From a virus: a stretch of DNA of 59,753 nucleotides. The stretch's first letter is position 1; every line of letters starts with the position of its first letter. The notes under the pieces were generated by a model. That model made no database searches. It worked only from the letters and a program-made list of their open reading frames with translations, and was not told the DNA's origin. Below, piece after piece: positions 54,248 to 59,753 of the stretch. Location of the stretch: the UHGV virus genome UHGV-0209512; one strand, given 5' to 3'. The translations under genes and the position numbers were made by a program.

Positions 54248-55167
54248 CAGAACAACTCCATTACACGATCACGGAATGTGCCGTCATGGGTAGCGTTAAT
54301 GTTTGCAGCAATCACACCATACGCCCATAAGTTGAAGGCAGCACGTGATTCATAGATTGTTGATAAACGTTCGTAAGTGAAACCGTTTTGCTCAAGGTAT
54401 TTAAGGACAGCGTCTTGTTCAATTTCAGTTAATGTTGAAACATGCTTACCAAAATGATGGCGGTCCGGTGACTTATCTGATACGCGCATTGGTCCCCACG
54501 GAGGGGTAACCACACTTCCAAACGCTGCCGCTTGAATCCAGGAGGATGAGTCGCAGCTATACCACGGATAACGCTCCATAATGGTTGTTGACGTAATACC
54601 AAACGCATGAAGTTTAATCTTAGCACGTCCGCTACCATCGCAAATATATTTGTCCCACATGCGGTCCAGCCAAGTTTTAAGCGTGTCCGTTGAACGCCCT
54701 ACCATGCCACCAATCGTGATATATTCGTAGTTCTTCATGTAATATTCAAGATAGCGGAAGTCCTCACCAAAGTGGAAGCACGGTAACGGTTTAGCACCGC
54801 GTGCTTCCATTTCAAGCTGATTACGGTATGTTTGCAGTGGATCACCAATACCATCAAGCACCGAGGCCATTACAGCACCATCTTCTACCCGCAGAATATC
54901 TTTATTGCGTTTGATGTACTCACAGTATTCAACAATATCAATGTGAGCACCTAACGAGTGCGCGGAGAATGCACCAGAGTCGAGAAACACTTTAGCCCCA
55001 TCCGCACGCATTTGATCAACATACTTCTGACGTCCAACGTAGTGGTATGATTCCAAAATATGGGGCAGATTGCGCGTGATATTTTTCTCATGCTCCGACA
55101 GTTTTTCATAACGCTGCTGTCCAGGCATATATCCGTTCGTGTAAACTGCTGCCATAAAAACGTTCAT
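54247..55167 (-). CDS. dpdA: DpdA-like DNA-guanine transglycosylase (TGT-fold) for 7-deazaguanine insertion into DNA
   Basis: 306 aa; TGT-like features by eye (LDSGAF, HAFG); linked to folE-queD-queC-queE in the same operon. Confidence 0.6.
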   Translation of the reverse strand: MNVFMAAVYTNGYMPGQQRYEKLSEHEKNITRNLPHILESYHYVGRQKYVDQMRADGAKVFLDSGAFSAHSLGAHIDIVEYCEYIKRNKDILRVEDGAVMASVLDGIGDPLQTYRNQLEMEARGAKPLPCFHFGEDFRYLEYYMKNYEYITIGGMVGRSTDTLKTWLDRMWDKYICDGSGRAKIKLHAFGITSTTIMERYPWYSCDSSSWIQAAAFGSVVTPPWGPMRVSDKSPDRHHFGKHVSTLTEIEQDAVLKYLEQNGFTYERLSTIYESRAAFNLWAYGVIAANINATHDGTFRDRVMELF

Positions 55168-55370
55168 TTTTGGAATGGCCCTCCAAACTGATCAATTAAT
55201 TCTAAAGTACGCCACGCTTCATTAAATGCTTCGTCCGCGCGATGTTTAGCGTCAATAAGCTGCTGCTTTAAAACATCTGTAGGCGCATCATTCTGTATTG
55301 CAGAACAAGCATCCCCAGTACCTGCTTTAAGCTGGTAGAATGCTGTCTCTAAGATTAGTTGTCTTGACAT
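55164..55370 (-). CDS. Hypothetical protein (68 aa)
   Basis: ORF 55164..55397 trimmed to ATG 55368-55370 after GGAGG (4-nt spacer); ATGA overlap with dpdA start. Confidence 0.4.
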   Translation of the reverse strand: MSRQLILETAFYQLKAGTGDACSAIQNDAPTDVLKQQLIDAKHRADEAFNEAWRTLELIDQFGGPFQK

Positions 55371-55390
55371 ATTTCCTCCAATGACTAAAA

Positions 55391-55422
55391 AGCCCATACC
55401 AGTATTATGACCGATATGGGCT
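55391..55422 (-). terminator. Stem-loop AGCCCATA...TATGGGCT downstream of folE (minus strand)
   Basis: 8-bp stem with 16-nt loop; on the minus strand followed by UUUUAGUC; possible partial terminator between folE and dpdA. Confidence 0.35.
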
Positions 55423-55441
55423 TGATCTGTAAAGCTATCTA

Positions 55442-56068
55442 TTATTTACAAGCTTCAAGGAACTCCCGACGCCAAGCATCACCTTTAAACGATGCAGCAC
55501 CGCGGAAAGCTTTAGTAATGGTAGAGCTTCCGCATACCTGCTTAACCCCGCGCGATTCCATGCACATATGCTTAGCATCGATGTAAACGCACACAGCTTT
55601 CGGGTCTAAATGCTCCTGGATAGCATCTGCAATCTGGTTAGTAAGACGTTCCTGAACTTGCAGTCGACGACTAAAAGCATCCACAACGCGAGACAGCTTA
55701 CTAAGCCCAACGATCTTCCCATTGGGGACATAACCCACAACAGCACGCCCGATAATAGGAGCCATGTGATGCTCACAATGACTGTATACAGGAATATCAC
55801 GGACAATGACCATTTCATCCGTACCTTCCGCACCATCTTCAAAGGTTTTAAACAATCCAGCAATATCTGCATCGTAACCGCCGAACCACGTTGCATAAGC
55901 TTTCGCTACACGCTCCGGAGTTTCCTCCAGCCCTGGGCGCAGAACTGCGCTAACTTCAATTTGGGATAGCAAAGTACGCACAGCGTTAGCAATACGGAAT
56001 TGAACACCTTCACTATTAATACTATATTTAGACATGGTTTGCAGTTTCCTTGTTGTTAATGTGGTCAT
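55442..56068 (-). CDS. folE: GTP cyclohydrolase I
   Basis: Conserved FolE motifs CEHH (SHCEHHMAP), GLSKL and QVQERLT. Confidence 0.85.
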   Translation of the reverse strand: MTTLTTRKLQTMSKYSINSEGVQFRIANAVRTLLSQIEVSAVLRPGLEETPERVAKAYATWFGGYDADIAGLFKTFEDGAEGTDEMVIVRDIPVYSHCEHHMAPIIGRAVVGYVPNGKIVGLSKLSRVVDAFSRRLQVQERLTNQIADAIQEHLDPKAVCVYIDAKHMCMESRGVKQVCGSSTITKAFRGAASFKGDAWRREFLEACK

Positions 56069-56069
56069 A

Positions 56070-56603
56070 TTACAGGCTATAGTTTACGTGGCATTTCGAA
56101 GTTTCTTCGATGGTGCATTCTACAAGTTGAACACCATGTTCGTCAAGCAGTTGCGGTCCAATTACGTTAACCATATATGCAGCCAGATTTTCAGCTGTCG
56201 GGTTGAACGGTAAAGATACCAGCGAACCTAAGAAATGAAGGTTATCTTCCTGCTCTGTCATATCATAACCTTGAGCAGCATCACGACAAGTGAGATCTTT
56301 CAACCCTTGCATTAGCGAGTCTTTTTCCCAGTGCAGGAACTTATGATCCCAGTTATCTTCCAGCCACTGACAGAGCGTAGTTTTAACCACACTAAAATCG
56401 ATAACTCTCCCAACGTCGTCCAACTTACCTTCAACGGAGAAGCCTTTCGCGCTCGGGATGTAGTTTTCGCTTTCTATACGTTTCGGTGCAACCTTAAAAT
56501 GAAACTTATAGTTGTGACCGTGAAGATGACGACACTTGCTTTCGTGTCCTACAACACGATGTCCAGCACAAATTTCATGTGAACGAATTACTGTATAGCT
56601 CAT
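56070..56603 (-). CDS. queD: 6-carboxy-5,6,7,8-tetrahydropterin synthase (QueD-like, PTPS family)
   Basis: N-terminal EICAGHR ... HGHNY fits the PTPS/QueD metal-binding pattern; 177 aa, longer than typical QueD. Confidence 0.7.
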   Translation of the reverse strand: MSYTVIRSHEICAGHRVVGHESKCRHLHGHNYKFHFKVAPKRIESENYIPSAKGFSVEGKLDDVGRVIDFSVVKTTLCQWLEDNWDHKFLHWEKDSLMQGLKDLTCRDAAQGYDMTEQEDNLHFLGSLVSLPFNPTAENLAAYMVNVIGPQLLDEHGVQLVECTIEETSKCHVNYSL

Positions 56604-57190
56604 TTTAATACCTCTTTAGACTGTTCAATTTCTAACGCACGCTGTGCTGACGCAATAATGTCTTTCAAATCTTCTACCAGATTCTTATGACCGCGTTCAC
56701 CAGGCTGCAACGCCTTTTTAATCAAATGTTGTAAAGCTGGGTTAGTTGTCTTCCAAGCTTCCAAGACATCATACACGTCCACGATGCATTTTACAACATT
56801 CCCATTTTGATCTTTACCATAAATAACTTTCTGATATTTATTCATGGGAATTTTAGACGGTTCGTATTTCGTAAAAACCGCACCATTAAATGTATTACTT
56901 ATACTTATTCCAGAAGAAGGTTGATGGTACAATCCGGAGCGAGTGTTTTCGCTAGCCTGTTTGACGTAATCTTCCGTAACGATATATCGCCAAGCTATAA
57001 TATCTTGAACTTTATAAGGGCTATTCTCATCCATAGCTGAACGCCCTTCCATAGCCCAATCCCATCCATGTAATAGATTCTTAACGTGTGTGCCGTTGCG
57101 CAAACGAACTTCAAACTTCTCATTACGAAGAAAAATAGGCATTCCTTTACCGTCGTGTTGGTGCCAAATTTTATTCAAATTATCTTTCAT
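56600..57190 (-). CDS. Uncharacterised protein embedded in the 7-deazaguanine cluster (196-209 aa)
   Basis: ORF 56600..57229 (TTG start); alternative ATG 57188-57190; no recognisable motif; lies between queD and a membrane protein gene. Confidence 0.5.
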   Translation of the reverse strand: MKDNLNKIWHQHDGKGMPIFLRNEKFEVRLRNGTHVKNLLHGWDWAMEGRSAMDENSPYKVQDIIAWRYIVTEDYVKQASENTRSGLYHQPSSGISISNTFNGAVFTKYEPSKIPMNKYQKVIYGKDQNGNVVKCIVDVYDVLEAWKTTNPALQHLIKKALQPGERGHKNLVEDLKDIIASAQRALEIEQSKEVLK

Positions 57191-57191
57191 T

Positions 57192-57671
57192 TTACGCTCT
57201 CGCTGTACGTGAATGAACTTCGTAAACAACCCAAAGGATAGCGGACGCTGTGAACTTACTTAAGCTCATTGCCACCATAGATCCTGGATTAACAATACCT
57301 ATAATACTTAAGAACACAATGGAGTCAATCGGTACAGCTACTAAAGAGCTGATAAATACTCGTTGATGAAAAGGCTTCTTGGTGACCGTGTATACTACAT
57401 AATCAGCAAACTCACTAAGCGCAAAAGACGCAACGGATGCTACTACAACCGCAGGATCTCCGAACACCCAGCTAAGGACGCAACCAACAATCATTGCAGG
57501 GATGACGCCTTTGCCAGCGTTACGCTGTGCGTAATCACGCAAGACAAAGATAATGCCTACAAAGAAAGCCATCATTGGGACTACGCCGAGTGGCGTATTA
57601 AGCATTGGAAGGTAGGAAAAACCCAGGTTTACGAATGTAATTGCAGCCAGATAAGCAACAATAAATTTCAT
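57192..57671 (-). CDS. Polytopic membrane protein; candidate queuosine-precursor transporter
   Basis: ORF 57192..57761 trimmed to ATG 57669-57671 after GGAGAA; about five hydrophobic segments; transporter assignment is inferred from the neighbourhood only. Confidence 0.35.
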   Translation of the reverse strand: MKFIVAYLAAITFVNLGFSYLPMLNTPLGVVPMMAFFVGIIFVLRDYAQRNAGKGVIPAMIVGCVLSWVFGDPAVVVASVASFALSEFADYVVYTVTKKPFHQRVFISSLVAVPIDSIVFLSIIGIVNPGSMVAMSLSKFTASAILWVVYEVHSRTARA

Positions 57672-57791
57672 ACTTTTGTTCTCCAGTTTTAACAGCGTTA
57701 TTCGCTGGTTGTTGGGTTTAAAAGCTTTAGTAGTATAGTTGGGTTCCCGCACCCTAAACAATGCGCTAGCGGTGCGGTTTTCTCGGTAAGA

Positions 57792-58514
57792 TCAAACGTG
57801 TTTGCTGTAAGCTTTATCCATAAATTCGCTGTACCCTTTAGCACGCAGTTTACACGCCGGGCATTCCCCACAACCGTAACCCCAATCATGCAGAGTACGA
57901 CGGACGCCGTTATAGCAAGTATGCGACTGCTCAATTACTGTGGTTAAGAAACCGACCTTATCCGCCAGCTCAAACGTTTCTGCTTTATTTAAACGCATAA
58001 GCGGAGTGACAAAATGGATATCTGTTTCATATCCAACGTTTAACGTAGCTTCAAGCAGATCTACAAACTGCTGACGACAATCAGGATAACCGCTATAGTC
58101 CGTTTCACAAACGCCCGTAACCACATATCGGGCTCCAACCTTCTGCGCGTAAGCGTGCGCGGTAGTCAGGAAAAGGGCATTACGGTTTGGCACAAAGCTT
58201 GCCGGAAGGTTGTTGTGCTGTTCGTGATGTTCGTTAACATCACCTTCGTTCCCTATTAAAGCGCTATTACCAATCTGTTTCAAAGCAGGTAATTCGAAGA
58301 CAACAAACGGAACATCGTGCTCTTTACAAATTTGATTTGCACAAGCCAGCTCAATGTTATGACGTTGACCGTATGCAAAACCAATAGCGTAGACTTTATC
58401 GTAGTTATTCAGTGCAAGACCTAGACAAGTCACGCTGTCCTGGCCGCCAGACAGGACGACAACGGCGGAGTTATGATTTTTTACAGGGAATACCAGTTTA
58501 TCTAATTTATTCAT
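57792..58514 (-). CDS. queC: 7-cyano-7-deazaguanine synthase
   Basis: PP-loop SGGQDS near N-terminus and C-terminal Cys cluster CYNG ... CGECPAC; 240 aa, no fused amidotransferase domain. Confidence 0.85.
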   Translation of the reverse strand: MNKLDKLVFPVKNHNSAVVVLSGGQDSVTCLGLALNNYDKVYAIGFAYGQRHNIELACANQICKEHDVPFVVFELPALKQIGNSALIGNEGDVNEHHEQHNNLPASFVPNRNALFLTTAHAYAQKVGARYVVTGVCETDYSGYPDCRQQFVDLLEATLNVGYETDIHFVTPLMRLNKAETFELADKVGFLTTVIEQSHTCYNGVRRTLHDWGYGCGECPACKLRAKGYSEFMDKAYSKHV

Positions 58515-58778
58515 TTACTTCACCTCTTCATAAGTAATTTTAAAGATATCAGGTTTGCAAGGATAAATCTCACCTTTCACACCCTGAACAATATAATCAC
58601 CAACATTAGCAAGATGATCACCTTCTAGTGTTTTGATAGTAAAGCTACCATCTTTATTTTCAATAGCTGTGCCATTTAAACAAGCTTTACTAAACCATGT
58701 AGGCGTTGAACCAATTTCCATTGTTGTAGTTAGCAGGAATGCTTCAACTTCTACAGGCTTCTTTCTAAATTTAGCCAT
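58515..58778 (-). CDS. Hypothetical protein (87 aa) between queC and queE
   Basis: Intact ORF; no motif. Confidence 0.45.
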   Translation of the reverse strand: MAKFRKKPVEVEAFLLTTTMEIGSTPTWFSKACLNGTAIENKDGSFTIKTLEGDHLANVGDYIVQGVKGEIYPCKPDIFKITYEEVK

Positions 58779-58983
58779 TTACTTCACCTTTAATATCACA
58801 AGGGTTGATTGTTACGTTAGACATTACGATTGGATGATTGCGCGCTCCAATTGTACTAACGTGATTAATATCCAATTCTACATGCACGCCTTGCATAGTA
58901 GCGTGAGCAATTGAAGAATTAAGTTTTTCTACCAGCTCAGTGATCATTTCCTGATGCTGTTTTGCTTCTTCCAAAGTAATCAT
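58771..58983 (-). CDS. Hypothetical protein (70 aa) between queC and queE
   Basis: Intact ORF; no motif. Confidence 0.45.
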   Translation of the reverse strand: MITLEEAKQHQEMITELVEKLNSSIAHATMQGVHVELDINHVSTIGARNHPIVMSNVTINPCDIKGEVNG

Positions 58984-59690
58984 TATTCCACCCCGATATA
59001 TTTGTGGACCTGAAGCTGCAACGTGTACCCGTGTTTCATACAGCTTTGGACAACCGCTTGGATGTTACTGTGGTTAAGGTCTTCATCCTGCTCGTCCATT
59101 GGCTGTAAATATATCTTACCCTTGAACCCCTTCGGAGGTCTAGCGATAAATGGCGTAGCCTGATGATCTAATGCTTGAAGAGGTAAACCATCTTCCACGT
59201 TTACACAGCACGCTTTAAGCACATATTTAAATGCATTAGCGCGGTACAGCACAGAAGGATGAATTTTTGTAGTCTTGGGGCTACATACAATTACTGGTAT
59301 CTGGGAAAAGTTCTTAGGTAAAGGCATAGACCCATTCGTTTCAATCTGTACAAGATACCCGCGCGATAACAGTTGTTCGACAAACGGGTTAATTTGCTGG
59401 CGGAATGGTTCGCCCCCAGTAATAACCACAAGTGAGGTGCTATTACCTGACTCCAGTTTACGGCTTTCAATCAATCGCATAATATCCACAATGTGATAAA
59501 GAGAACGACCAACAGTATAATCGGTATCACAGCCAGGACATTGCAGATTACACCCAGCAAGACGCACAAATACAGCAGGTTGGCCGCAGAATGGACCTTC
59601 ACCCTGAATGGTAGAGAATACCGAATGCACGTCTAAATACATATCGTTTTCTTTAGAACGGGACTCGGGAGCTTGTTGATTAATATTCAT
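58983..59690 (-). CDS. queE: 7-carboxy-7-deazaguanine synthase (radical SAM)
   Basis: QGEGPFCGQP and radical-SAM CNLQCPGC (C-x3-C-x2-C); AGGA RBS 7 nt before ATG. Confidence 0.8.
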   Translation of the reverse strand: MNINQQAPESRSKENDMYLDVHSVFSTIQGEGPFCGQPAVFVRLAGCNLQCPGCDTDYTVGRSLYHIVDIMRLIESRKLESGNSTSLVVITGGEPFRQQINPFVEQLLSRGYLVQIETNGSMPLPKNFSQIPVIVCSPKTTKIHPSVLYRANAFKYVLKACCVNVEDGLPLQALDHQATPFIARPPKGFKGKIYLQPMDEQDEDLNHSNIQAVVQSCMKHGYTLQLQVHKYIGVE

Positions 59691-59712
59691 CTTAAATCCT
59701 CTAGTGAAAAAG

Positions 59713-59734
59713 AAAGCGCCTCATTGGGCGCTTT
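59713..59734 (-). terminator. Stem-loop AAAGCGCC-TCATTG-GGCGCTTT at the window edge (minus-strand terminator-like)
   Basis: 8-bp stem; on the minus strand followed by CUUUUUC, 22 nt upstream of queE ATG; a TATAAT-like hexamer (complement of 59736-59741) lies just beyond. Confidence 0.35.
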
Positions 59735-59753
59735 CATTATAACGTGATATGTT

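Noticed and set aside
57192-57761. Longer 189-aa version of the membrane protein
   Set aside because: The extended N-terminus overlaps the upstream intergenic region and lacks an RBS; the internal ATG at 57669-57671 has GGAGAA at proper spacing.
1-59753. Lysogeny module (integrase, CI-like repressor, attP)
   Set aside because: No tyrosine or serine recombinase motifs or repressor/antirepressor pair recognised; gene content fits a virulent phage.

Overview
The window looks like a near-complete genome (about 59.7 kb) of a virulent tailed phage with lambda-type siphovirus tail genes; no integrase, repressor, tRNA or CRISPR array was recognised. Coding is split into two blocks. A leftward (minus-strand) early/replication block runs from about 17.6 kb down to position 7 and, at the other window edge, from 59.7 kb down to 49.1 kb. 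It encodes a DEAH helicase, Cas4-like exonuclease, SSB-like protein, Sak4-like ATPase, DNA ligase, RNase H-like protein, dUTPase, Hjc-like resolvase, primase-polymerase-like protein, HTH and AP2 regulators, a family B DNA polymerase, a DnaN-like clamp, and a 7-deazaguanine DNA-modification cluster (dpdA, folE, queD, queC, queE plus uncharacterised ORFs). A rightward (plus-strand) block from 17.9 to 49.1 kb encodes many small middle genes, a lysis cassette (holin-like protein, overlapping spanins), terminase, portal, scaffold, capsid, lambda-like tail genes with a -1 frameshifted chaperone, tape measure, tail-tip proteins and a long tail fiber with a C-terminal chaperone domain. The most interesting items are the modification cluster with its unassigned members, an HslV-like threonine peptidase next to a C39-like peptidase and a DUF2493 protein, an AT-rich 0.8 kb non-coding region with phased repeats and perfect palindromes beside the regulator genes, and a glycine-rich protein behind the tail fiber gene. 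All family assignments come from motif reading by eye and recall, not from database searches. By recall only, the layout resembles E. coli siphoviruses that carry 7-deazaguanine in their DNA.
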